64,000 bases of DNA, from contig OZ024750.1 of assembly GCA_964016885.1 (NCBI GenBank), positions 2,790,001 through 2,854,000 on the forward strand, written 5' to 3'. The position numbers were made by a program, and so were the translations under genes. Numbering within the stretch: the stretch's first letter is position 1; every line of letters begins with the position of its first letter. A model generated the notes under the pieces. The model was not told where the DNA came from and searched no databases. It worked only from the letters and a program-made list of their open reading frames with translations. Source of the stretch: Eledone cirrhosa. Lineage: Eukaryota. Of this stretch, positions 52,896-64,000 are shown in pieces.

Positions 52896-55689
52896 TTAAA
52901 CTGCAACAAAGTTAGAGAGGATACACTGGAGAGGGTTATTACAGTAAAGTTAGTACAAGAGAGTGAAGTGGGATAAGTTATAGTTAGGCTTTGTATGAGA
53001 ATGGGGAGTCACAGATATCAGACAACTGTTCAGTTAAAAATAGCAGCTCTATTTTGCATTTGCTTAACAAGAAAAAAAAACATTGAACAGATCACCGTGC
53101 TCTGCAGCTAGGTGTGTGATAAGAATGTTAGGTGTAGATGAAAGGCTCATTAAAGTTCACACCATGAAGAGGTTACTGCAAATAAGATCTGTGTACAGAC
53201 TATGTGTTCAACAGGGATCTCTTCCTAGACCTTGTCTCTTCATTAAGTTAAATTCAGACTAAACTACTCATCTCATCAGTTGATTTATAGTGAGTGAACA
53301 GTTATTTTATTTTTTTTAAATGTGGTAAAATTTCTGCCAATTTAAATAATTGTTTCTACTTTTGGCACAAGGCCAGCAATCACCCAGTGTATTACTGGTA
53401 CTTTATTTAACACTTGCTCCTTATGATACAACTAAAAATATATTATTTAGTCTTAGATGTTACATACACATCACATTTTATTGATATTTTACATTCTAGA
53501 ATGTACATGTGGATAGCAAGGTTTAGATACTTCGAGACTTTTTTTGTATGATTCTTCAGAATGTGTGTTAATTACAATTTTATAACAACTTTTAGATATT
53601 AATTTAAACAAGCAATAAACAGACAAACATATACACCGATAGTTTCATGTACAAATATGATAATAATACTGTTATTAGCTGCAAGTTCTTTTATATTAAT
53701 AGATATAATTAAAAATTTAGTGAATGGGGGATAATTTGGAATTATGATAAAATTATTACTAAAGAAAAGATGAGATAAAGACATCTAGAATAAGAAGGTA
53801 TGAGAAACCCAGCAGGGCTTCTCATAAGATTCACTGGAACAAAACAGCTTAAGAACATGACAAATCTTTGTAAAGAATGGGGATGTTAATAGCTATAGAA
53901 GAGAAACAGGAGAGGTAAAACAACAACATAGGTGAATGGGTTGGTAAATATTGTAATAAAAGGGAGAGGGATAAAGAAAAAGACCTCTTCGCATGAGTCA
54001 TCAAAGTCAGGTTCAAAATAATTTTAACTTCTTTTTTTTTTTACTTTGAATTTTTCTGTTTTTCAATCAATCTTTTCTGGTTTACCTAATTCCTTTTTGA
54101 TCAATACTTTTGACTGTCTTACTACTCTTTTTCTAACCCACTTTCCATCTTTTTTCCTTTTAATCTTCCTCTCTTCATCTTACTATCTCATTTACTGCCT
54201 ATTAATTATATTTTTCCTTCCTCTCTATCAACTTACTCTTAACTTGACTTCTATTGCCCCCCCCCCCCCCTCCTCCTTACAGCTGTGTTCTTTTTATTTT
54301 TATTTCTCTAACTTCTAACCCTTTCCATAAATGTGTTCATCTTTCTGATTTTTCCCTTTTAAGACAGCCACCTGATGATCACGCCTATTGATTTGCTATT
54401 AAATAAATAAAACCGGCACAAACAGACAGTATTGAATAATTTCTGGCTTCAAACACTATTCTATTAATTACTGACCAGTGAACTGTCTGTCAGACAAACA
54501 GATACAAATACAACAAAGTCATCAACATTTCAATGTTTTGCTAGTTTTCCTGCTAACATACACTCTATTGTCGGTTGTCTCAAATATTCTGCCATTTTTT
54601 CCATGAGGTCTATTGTGCTGAGATCTGGTATAACGGAGGAGTCCACAGAAGAGGGAGACCATGGAAGATATGGCCAGAATTGATGAAAGCTGACCTCAAG
54701 AAACTACAGCTTATAAACAAGATTATAAAAGGAATGACACAAGTGCAGAGATTCTGTACTGGAAAAGGGTCGTCTAACCCATCCAAGCAGAGAAAAAATG
54801 TAAATGAATGAATGACGATAATACACCTTTTCGATAGGCCTCCTTCACTCATGGAACCTTTTCACCCAGCAATCATCATCCATTTGAATCGTATGTCCAT
54901 ACAGGTAAAATTGTCTTTCTTGCACAGCTGGGCTGAGACATTAAATATTGAGCTACTCTCTCAGTTTGCTTGTATGCTGTCGGACTGAAAGAGGTCCTTC
55001 CTTTTTTAAAGACTGTAGACCACGATATGATGGAAATTTGATTACTATTTCTTGCAAGTAGTGTGACCATGTAGAGGCTTCTTAATTAGCTTATAGCTAT
55101 TTTTACTAATGGCAATTAAAATTGAATGAATAAAAATCTCATATTAATATTCTCTCATACAATTCCATTTTCCATTCCTTGTAAACGAGTCCTTGATGTT
55201 ATATTACTTTTATAACAAGCTACTTAATAAACTCTTAAGTTGCCAGCAGATAATGAAATATTGTCAGTTCATTCATAATGATACTCATACATTTATCTCT
55301 TGTAGATCGATAGAGAGACTAAACTTGAAGAGATGGGGAAGAAGAAGAAGACCAGGTGAAAAAAAAAAAAAAGAGGAGAATAAATGTGAAGCATATTTAC
55401 TCTCGGTACCCATTTGGAATTATTATTGGCCGGAAGTCATAAGAAGTAATTCTGATCAATCTTGATTGATTGATGAAGAGAAATTTTAAACAGGAAATGA
55501 AATAGACTGATTAGAAAGAAAATTAATGATGTAATTATCCAGGCTTACATAGGTTAGTATATTCCGGAACAACACAAACTTGAACCTTTGGGGAGCGGGA
55601 ATATTTCATCTTAAACTTAAGATCTGTATAAATAACAAACATATTACTTCTAATATTGCTTATTCTATTTCTATATAAATATCTTCTTT

Positions 55690-55970
55690 GCTCATTTATT
55701 GCTGAGATGGGTCGTGGAGAAGAGTCATCAAACACTCATTCCAGTGGGTTGTGTCAGAAGCAACCGTCTCCAACAGATCCGGGTGGATCTCCAAGTGAGA
55801 CCAGCCAAGCTCATGGATGTTATCCAACCATCTTGTTCTGGTTCTTCTACCAGTTGGTTTGCCCATAAAATATGTCCAGAGATTCTTTCCTGAGACATTC
55901 TAACCACATGCCCATAGTATCATACCTGTAATTTCTCAATTCAGAGAAGTAGTGGCTATAAATATCTGAC
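55690..55970 (-). mobile_element. Degenerate RTE-type LINE 3' fragment
   Basis: Homologous to 28670-28990 (ctttcctgagacattctaaccacatg, gctcatggatgttatccaaccatcttg). Confidence 0.68.
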
Positions 55971-55996
55971 TTACACAATTCCCTGCCCCTCAAATT

Positions 55997-56550
55997 ACCG
56001 TATATACTCGAATATAAGCCAGTCCGAATATAAACCGACTCCCCTATTTTATGTCTGAGAAATGGTCAAAAATCCAAACCTCGTTTATAAGCCAAGCCAA
56101 CTAATTAACCCATTATGGTTAGATGATGTAGTTTTGAAGTTCTCATGAGTATAAAATATATTTATGAAGTTTTAATATTTTGATGTTTAAAATGTTTTAA
56201 ATGTTTAGAATTTAGAATATAGTTCTTGTTACTTGAGATTGAAAGAAAAAATAATATTGAGTCAGAGATAATCATGTATGTGTGTGTGCGTGCGTGTACA
56301 TGTGCATGTGGGATAGTCATGTATTGTGCATGTGGGATATTCATGTATTGTGCATGTGGGATTTTCATGCATTAAAAAGTTCAAATTATAAAAATTTGTT
56401 GAATATATTTTCCAGGAAATGCATAAGTAACACCAATGATGATGTAAAAGTAGAAAAACAGTTTTTCATTGTAAAATAATCACTCCAGATATTTCAACAC
56501 CATTATTACATAGAATTTGAAGTTGGTGAAAATCAGTAAAATATTGATCC
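55997..56550. mobile_element. Tc1/pogo-like non-autonomous DNA transposon remnant
   Basis: Left TIR taccgtatatactcgaatataagcc. Internal segments match 17286-17436, which carries the complementary end ggcttatatttgagtatatatggta. Confidence 0.55.
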
Positions 56551-56556
56551 CCCCCC

Positions 56557-56606
<50 letters not shown>

Positions 56607-56927
56607 GTAGTACTTAATTTAAATTTAAATGACTTTATTAATGGGTGGAGAAAAAATTAAACAAAAGTTTTAATTAGTTTTAATGCATTTTTTTTAAAAG
56701 AAAATTATGTTATCAAAAGTTTGCTTCATAGAAAAGAAAAGGCCAAATAAATGAAGGCATAGAACTGCGTCTTTCTGTTGGAAAAGAGGAATAGGAAACT
56801 AAGTTTAATACAATGTTTAGGAAATGTAATTTTGCTGTTGAAAGCTCAAGATTAGCAGCACACTCGCATTTTTGTTTTTAAGAGTTTAAATAAAACTAAA
56901 TACCTTAAGAAAAATCAATATATTTAC

Positions 56928-57057
56928 CTAGTTCCACACTTTCCGTACTATCTGTACTGAGTCGCCTTTCTTCACCCTCCTCACGTAGGTAATACCTCCC
57001 TGCTTCAAGATTCTGTTCAACTACAGGACGCTTCAAATCTAGCTGATCTCTTAATCT
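56928..57057 (-). CDS. DMD: Dystrophin exon, equivalent to human exon 58
   Basis: 130 bp, cag/gtaaa borders, phase 0 to 1. Encodes RLRDQLDLKRPVVEQNLEAGRYYLREEGEERRLSTDSTESVEL. In frame with both neighbours; not in the ORF track. Confidence 0.92.
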
Positions 57058-57189
57058 CTGGGGAAATTAATGGAATGTGATGCAGGTAAGATACGAGCTT
57101 TAAAAATGATACACAAACATAAAATGTTTGATATATTCAGAAGTTGTGAATAATTTAAAAAAAAGATATATATATATATATATATATAA

Positions 57190-57379
57190 GTTTATCCTGG
57201 GTTCAATCGGGGGGTAACCACAGTAAGTAAGGTACTCAAAGCAGAGTATAAACATTTAATATAGAAAAGGCTTCTACAGGACTAGAACTGTTTCATTTGG
57301 GAGAAATCATCAGGGCTTCCTGATGATTTCTCCTGAATGAAACAGTTCTAGTCCTGTAGAAGCTTTTTCTATATTAAAT
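57190..57379. mobile_element. Fold-back element, family 1, with hammerhead motif (57313-57365, +)
   Basis: ~61-bp inverted arms with 3 mismatches. Reads GGGCTTC-CTGATGA-tttctcctgaat-GAAA-CAG...CTG-TA-GAAGCTT. Flanked by (TA)n. Confidence 0.78.
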
Positions 57380-57502
57380 ATATATATATAGTAATAATAA
57401 TAATAATTGAGTTTCAGAAGATCCCGTTAACGGTGAAAGCAGCGATTCTTTGCTTAAACTTTAATCTGTTATTTTAATAAATATATATATTTATATATTT
57501 AC

Positions 57503-57659
57503 CTGGTTTTCTTCATTTTGTTGTTGAACCAATTGCAAATCTCCCCCAACAGGTTGTTGGGAGATGAGCAACCTTTGTTGTTGAGTGATCCAACTAGTAA
57601 GGTCTTGAAGTTGAAGTAACAAGTGTGTCCATTGTTCTGCATTACTCTCCAAACGACCC
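57503..57659 (-). CDS. DMD: Dystrophin exon, equivalent to human exon 57 (spectrin repeat)
   Basis: 157 bp between AG (57660-61) and GT (57501-02). Encodes GRLESNAEQWTHLLLQLQDLTSWITQQQRLLISQQPVGGDLQLVQQQNEENQ, which resembles human SHLEASSDQWKRLHLSLQELLVW...APIGGDFPAVQKQN. Same length as human exon 57 as I recall it. Confidence 0.95.
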
Positions 57660-58144
57660 CTAAAACAGAAGAAAATTATTGGCATCAGATAACATAGATA
57701 TTATAGTATTGTTTCAGATAATACTGAAATTTGAAATAGTTTTTATTCAGGATGGCTGCCTTCCTAGATGAGTGAGAGGACCATGTCTTTCTTGTTACTA
57801 TTTTCTAGTATGGGTTCTACAGCTGGATACCCTTTGTAACACCGACAGAGTGTATTGTGGCGCCAGGTCAAGGGAAGTTGTGTCCTATGTGAATAAGAGG
57901 AAGAAATACAACACAGCACAGATAATGAGTTTGGGAATAATCTTGTAAATTGAAAGTCAGTCCCTCTCTGTCTCTCTCTCTATATATATATATATATAAG
58001 ACACATCACCATATAGACACACATTTCTCCATCACACTCAACTTTTGAAAATCATCCAAATGTGAAACTGGTAACATTATTATTTATAAATCTTCTACAA
58101 AACTCCAATTGCATTTTCCCCCTTATTTTCCCTCTCTCTCTCTC

Positions 58145-58208
<64 letters not shown>

Positions 58209-58844
58209 AGCTAGGTTTTCTTAAAAAATAATTTGTATATCTCAAATTATATAATTTGTATATCTTATCCAAATTTAGTGTATCATACAGCATTCTGACA
58301 TAATTGAAATTCAGACTTATATTTGCATGTCATTCATGTCAACACTTATACTGTGTAAACCATGAAATATTCTTCTTTCCACAGTAACGAAAAAAACAGA
58401 AAAAGAGAGAACAAAAGGGAACATTCTACCCAACCCACCCCCATCATGAGAAATTCATGTAACTTCCTCCATTTGAGAACAATCACATTCAGTTTTTCAA
58501 AGTCAACTTGATTGAAGAGTTTAAATTCTGGGTGCTGCTACATCAAAACAAGAAACCTTTCCTTTTCCAAATATACCAAAACAACTGAATACATCGCACA
58601 GAATTTCTATTAAACATAAAGGAACAGCTGAAATATTCATAACAGCAGCCATAAGAGAAGAAGAAAAAATAGATTTGATAAAAAAAACAGAACTGAAAAT
58701 AGTGAAAACAGAAAAAGTGTGTAATTGTCAACTTCTACGTAATAAATCTGTGTCTATATGATATTTTATGAGAGAGGGGGAGAGAGAGAGAGAGGGATAT
58801 ATATATACATATATATATATATATACACAAATCTTTATATATAT

Positions 58845-59023
58845 ATAGGAACCAGTAAGACCCCGACGGCTGAGCTCAAGCCGTTTTGACGGCTAATAGC
58901 CGTCGAAACGGCTTGAGCTCAGCCGTCGGGGTCTTACTGGTTCCTATTACCCACTCTACTACCCTAAGTATTGAGTACTTTGGTGCGTCATGGTCCACCT
59001 GGTTCCTTACCACATTTCCTTCG

Positions 59024-59025
<2 letters not shown>
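58845..59025 (+). mobile_element. Fold-back element, family 2 (partial hammerhead), in (TA)n
   Basis: ~51-bp inverted arms (58845-58947, one mismatch) plus a ~78-bp tail. Contains GAAA-CGGC-ttgagctca-GCCG-TC. Confidence 0.75.
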
Positions 59026-59060
<35 letters not shown>

Positions 59061-59061
<1 letters not shown>

Positions 59062-59242
59062 GTTATTCCGGGTTGAATCAGAGGTAACCACAGTAAGTAA
59101 GGTACTCAATACATTGCAGAGTATAAAAGTTTTAATATAGATGAGATTCTACAGGACTAGAACTGTTTCATTCTTTAGAAATCATCAGGAGATTCCTGAT
59201 GATTTCTAAAGAATGAAACAGTTCTAGTCCTGTAGAATCTCA

Positions 59243-59249
<7 letters not shown>
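59061..59249. mobile_element. Fold-back element, family 1 (Penelope-like terminus), in (TA)n
   Basis: Perfect 56-bp inverted arms (59135-59190 / 59194-59249) plus a ~75-bp unpaired tail. Homologous to the copies at 57190 and 19211. Confidence 0.8.
59189..59241 (+). ncRNA. Type I hammerhead ribozyme motif
   Basis: Stem I GAGATTC/GAATCTC, CTGATGA (59196-59202), stem II TTC/GAA, GAAA (59215-18), stem III CAG/CTG, cleavage triplet GTA. Confidence 0.75.
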
Positions 59250-59313
<64 letters not shown>

Positions 59314-59420
59314 CTTTATATATATATATATACATATACATCTTTATATATATATATATACATATACATCTTTATATATATATATATATAATATATATAT
59401 ATATATATACACATCTTTAT

Positions 59421-59456
<36 letters not shown>

Positions 59457-59657
59457 CACATCTTTATATATATATATGTATATATGTATATATACACATC
59501 TTTATATATATATATATATATATATACATCTTTATATGTATATATAAAGTGTGGAAAATGGATGTTAAACGAAGATGATGATGATGATATAAATATATAT
59601 ATACATCTTTCATCATCTCCATCTATATATATACATATATATATATATAGAGAGAGA

Positions 59658-59697
<40 letters not shown>

Positions 59698-60506
59698 AGA
59701 GAGAGAGAGGGGAGAGAGAGAGAGGTTAAGATGAAATCAAAATGAAACTGAAAACAGAATTCTCCAAGGCAAATTTGGAAGGCAAAAGGAGTGAACAGGT
59801 ATTGTTTCCTTTGCTACCTTTTTACCAAGGAAATAACTGCGACATGCCAAGTTCACCATTGAAATTCTTCTCACACACACACACACCACAAATGTAAATC
59901 AATAGAAACTGTTGAATATTATTATTACTATTCTTTCTCCAAAGATAAAACAGCTGCCATACGTTTTCATTATTAAAAAAGAAAGCTGTGATCTTATGTT
60001 AGCCTTTAAGAATAATACAACTATAGAAATGAAAATTGTACACTTTCAGGGAATGTGGGAATATGGTAATAATTTTGTTTTTTTTCAAAATTCTCTTCTA
60101 AAAATCTAGAGTCAGACAATTAGGAACATTTTAATAGCAAGAATAAATAAATAAACAACAACAATAATAATAAATAAATAAATAGATAAATAATGAACAA
60201 ATATGAAAAAAATTAAAAATGAAACAACTTGGCTTAATGTTGCTTTTTTTTTTAAATTCTTTTTCATGAAACCTTTATGAATAAAAAACTGTATGATAAG
60301 AGACAGGTCAATAATCAATATTAATATTTTCACACATCAATTGACCAGATAAGGTTATTTTGATGTTAATTTCTCAAACTTTTCTGAAAAACATCAATAT
60401 CTATTTTGCTTTTATTATTCATTATTTTATTTTTTTTAATGTTTATGTTTCAGTGACAAGATTCTGAGTTCAAATGACTGCAACCGAGTCTCTGAGTCAT
60501 ATTTTA

Positions 60507-61090
60507 TCCCACAACACACTTCAATATACAGTCCACATGTGTTCTCTCCCACAACACACTTCTATATACAGTCCACATGTGTTCTCTCCCACAACACACT
60601 TCAATATACAGTCCACATGTGTTCTCTCCCACAACACACTTCAATATACAGTCCACATGTGTTCTCTCCCACAACACACTTCTATATACAGTCCACATGT
60701 GTTCTCTCCCACAACACACTTCTATATACAGTCCACATGTGTTCTCTCCCACAACACACTTCTATATACAGTCCACATGTGTTCTCTCCCACAACACACT
60801 TCTATATACAGTCCACATGTGTTCTCTCCCACAACACACGTCTATATACAGTCCACATGTGTTCTCTCCCACAACACACTTCTATATACAGTTCACATGT
60901 GTTCTCTCCCACAACACACTTCTATATACAGTCCACATGTGTTCTCTCCCACAACACACTTCTATATACAGTCCACATGTGTTCTCTCCCACAACACACT
61001 TCTATATACACAGTCCACATTTTCTTCCCACAACACACTTCTATATACAGTCCACATGTGTTCTCTCCCACAACACACTTCTATATACAC
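60507..61090. repeat. 40-bp minisatellite, ~14 copies
   Basis: Unit CCCACAACACACTTCTATATACAGTCCACATGTGTTCTCT. Confidence 0.97.
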
Positions 61091-61165
61091 AAGTCCAAGC
61101 TCAAACAACGATTTCTAATTTAGGCACAAGGCCAGCAATTTTGAATGGAAGGAGAGAAAAGTTGA

Positions 61166-62044
61166 TTTTATCAACAGAGCTCTCACCCGGTACTCTATTT
61201 TATCAACAGAGCTCTCGTCCAGTACTCTATTTTATCAACAGAGCTCTTGTCCAGTACTCTATTTTATCAACAGAGCTCTTGTCCAGTACTCTATTTTATC
61301 AACAGAGCTCTCGTCCAGTACTCTATTTTATCAACAGAGCTCTTGTCCAGTACTCTATTTTATCAACAGAGCTCTCGTCCAGTACTCTATTTTATCAACA
61401 GAGCTCTCGTCCAGTACTCTATTTTATCAACAGAGCTCTCGTCCAGTACTCTATTTTATCAACAGAGCTCTTGTCCAGTACTCTATTTTATCAACAGAGC
61501 TCTTGTCCAGTACTCTATTTTATCAACAGAGCTCTCGTCCAGTACTCTATTTTATCAACAGAGCTCTTGTCCAGTACTCTATTTTATCAACAGAGCTCTC
61601 GTCCAGTACTCTATTTTATCAACAGAGCTCTCGTCCAGTACTCTATTTTATCAACAGAGCTCTCGTCCAGTACTCTATTTTATCAACAGAGCTCTCGTCC
61701 AGTACTCTATTTTATCAACAGAACTCTCGTCCAGTACTCTATTTTATCAACAGAGCTCTCGTCCAGTACTCTATTTTATCAACAGAGCTCTCACCCGGTA
61801 CTCTATTTTATCAACAGAGCTCTCACCCGGTACTCTATTTTATCAACAGAGCTCTCACCCGGTACTCTATTTTATCAACAGAGCTCTCACCCGGTACTCT
61901 ATTTTATCAACAGAGCTCTCACCCGGTACTCTATTTTATCAACAGAGCTCTCACCCGGTACTCTATTTTATCAACAGAGCTCTCACCCGGTACTCTATTT
62001 TATCAACAGAGCTCTCACCCGGTACTCTATTTTATCAACAGAGC
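61166..62044. repeat. 32-bp minisatellite, ~27 copies, inside a SINE tail
   Basis: Unit TTTTATCAACAGAGCTCTCGTCCAGTACTCTA. Confidence 0.97.
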
Positions 62045-62066
62045 ATCTTTGTACAACTCCAGACAG

Positions 62067-62200
62067 CTCTACAACCACAGGCAACATATGTCTCTACAAC
62101 CACAGGCAGCATATGTCTCTACAACCACAGGCAGCATATGTCTCTACAACCACAGGCAGCATATGTCTCTACAACCACAGGCAGCATATGTCTCTATAAC
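62067..62200. repeat. 25-bp tandem repeat, ~5 copies
   Basis: Unit TCTACAACCACAGGCAGCATATGTC. Confidence 0.93.
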
Positions 62201-62400
62201 CAACAACTGCTTCATTGAATGGCTAATCAAGCATGTGATTAAGTTAGCCACTGTGTCAGCACTTTAATAAATATTCATAAAATTAAATAAGACAAGTTTG
62301 CATGCTCACAAATTTAATAGAATTTCTAAAATGAAATAAGTTAAGTAGCATAGAGTCAATTAATTAATAAAGTGAAAGTAGAAAGATGACTGTTGATGGC

Positions 62401-63219
62401 TCAATGGACAGTGATCTGTGGCACTCAATTGGCAGGGTGACACCATCATTATCAATGGACAGTGATCTGTGGCACTCAATTGGCAGGGTGACACCATCAT
62501 TATCAATGGACAGTGATCTGTGGCACTCAATTGGCAGGGTGACACCATCATTATCAATGGACAGTGATCTGTGGCACTCAATTGGCAGGGTGACACCATC
62601 ATTATCAATGGACAGTGATCTGTGGCACTCAATTGGCAGGGTGACACCATCATTATCAATGGACAGTGATCTGTGGCACTCAATTGGCAGGGTGACACCA
62701 TCATTATCAATGGACAGTGATCTGTGGCACTCAATTGGCAGGGTGACACCATCATTATCAATGGACAGTGATCTGTGGCACTCAATTGGCAGGGTGACAC
62801 CATCATTATCAATGGACAGTGATCTGTGGCACTCAATTGGCAGGGTGACACCATCATTATCAATGGACAGTGATCTGTGGCACTCAATTGGCAGGGTGAC
62901 ACCATCATTATCAATGGACAGTGATCTGTGGCACTCAATTGGCAGGGTGACACCATCATTATCAATGGACAGTGATCTGTGGCACTCAATTGGCAGGGTG
63001 ACACCATCATTATCAATGGACAGTGATCTGTGGCGCTCAATTGGCAGGGTGACACCATCATTATCAATGGACAGTGATCTGTGGCACTCAATTGGCAGGG
63101 TGACACCATCATTATCAATGGACAGTGATCTGTGGCACTCAATTGGCAGGGTGACACCATCATTATCAATGGACAGTGATCTGTGGCACTCAATTGGCAG
63201 GGTGACACCATCATTATCA
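62401..63219. repeat. 51-bp minisatellite, 16 copies
   Basis: Unit TCAATGGACAGTGATCTGTGGCACTCAATTGGCAGGGTGACACCATCATTA; I saw only one substitution (near 63035). Confidence 0.97.
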
Positions 63220-63224
63220 TTTAA

Positions 63225-63472
63225 CCCTTTTGTTACTGTATTTTTAATAAAATACACTGTCTATGTCTCAATTAATTTTGAAAAGCATCAAGAATTCGGA
63301 GGAATTTAATAAACTAATTAACCTTTTCAAGCTGATGTTTGGAATATTACTTTTCCTTAAAATAGTTTTGACGGACAGTTTTAATATAAATATGAATATT
63401 TTAAAAGGGGGAGTTTTGTATCATTATGATACAGAACGATGGCAGCTTCAGACAGTTTGGTATCAAAAGGGG
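63225..63472. mobile_element. TTAA-targeting MITE, family B
   Basis: ttaa-cccttttgttac ... gtatcaaaagggg-ttaa. Degenerate relatives lie near 9131, 35800, 39977, 43820 and 49030. Confidence 0.7.
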
Positions 63473-64000
63473 TTAATAGTTAAAAGTTAAGGGCTGAACA
63501 CTTGTTTGAGGCGGGGCTTCATCTCTGAAGACCTGCTGTTCAGCTCCCCTGAGAGTTTCTTACAACTGATGGATGGACAGTTTCAACATAAATATGAATA
63601 TTTAAAAGTCACGAGTGTTTTGTATCATAAAACCAGGGCAGTTTCAGACAGTTTGGCACCAAAAGGGGGATTAACAGGTTTCATTGCTTCAATAAAAAAT
63701 GCTGTATTTCTTTACATCTTCTAAATCACAGTTATTGCTTTCTAACAATGGCACATGGCCAAAATATTGCAAGGGGTATAAGTGGTTAAATTGACTCTGT
63801 ACTTGATTGTTAGTCAACTATTTATGAACCCAGGATTTGAACACAGATAAACAACAAAATCCTTCAAGGAGTTTTCTCTAATGCTATACCAATTCAGCTA
63901 CTCATTGCCTTCTATACTATATACTAGAGACAACTAGATAAATGGGTTGGTACCAGAAAGAAGATCTGGTTGTAAAACATTGCCTTTAAAAAAAAGGACC

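Noticed and set aside
54372-54420. CTGATGA after a pyrimidine-rich tract
   Set aside because: No stem II-GAAA-stem III arrangement found.
59826-59845. Possible micro first exon MSQLFP(W) with a phase-2 donor matching exon 57659
   Set aside because: Too short, with a weak donor (gtaaaa), an upstream out-of-frame ATG and no promoter evidence; expected by chance.
60474-63309. Long repetitive ORFs or CRISPR-like repeats
   Set aside because: Pure tandem arrays of 40, 32, 25 and 51 bp without spacers.
57660-64000. Expected exon-56 equivalent
   Set aside because: Not found by eye; it presumably lies beyond the window.

Overview
AT-rich, microsatellite-dense animal genomic DNA, most likely a coleoid cephalopod such as an octopod (inferred from the repeat content, not proven). 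The whole window lies inside one minus-strand dystrophin (DMD/Dys) gene. I spliced 11 GT-AG exons by hand into one continuous frame, equivalent to human exons 57-66 (last spectrin repeats, WW domain, EF-hand region). The introns hold a 5'-truncated but stop-free RTE-clade LINE with a PHD-like finger inside the RT, plus tRNA-derived SINEs, CR1/RTE fragments, TTAA-targeting and Tc1/mariner-type MITEs, and many minisatellites that explain nearly all of the long ORFs. The most notable unannotated signal is a set of small fold-back elements, mostly embedded in (TA)n, built around hammerhead-ribozyme motifs of the Penelope-like type. One family has a complete core with covarying stem I (3 copies). 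A second family folds back at stem II and lacks the CUGANGA box (2 copies). A separate solo minimal hammerhead lies in sense with the dystrophin pre-mRNA. No database searches or folding programs were run.
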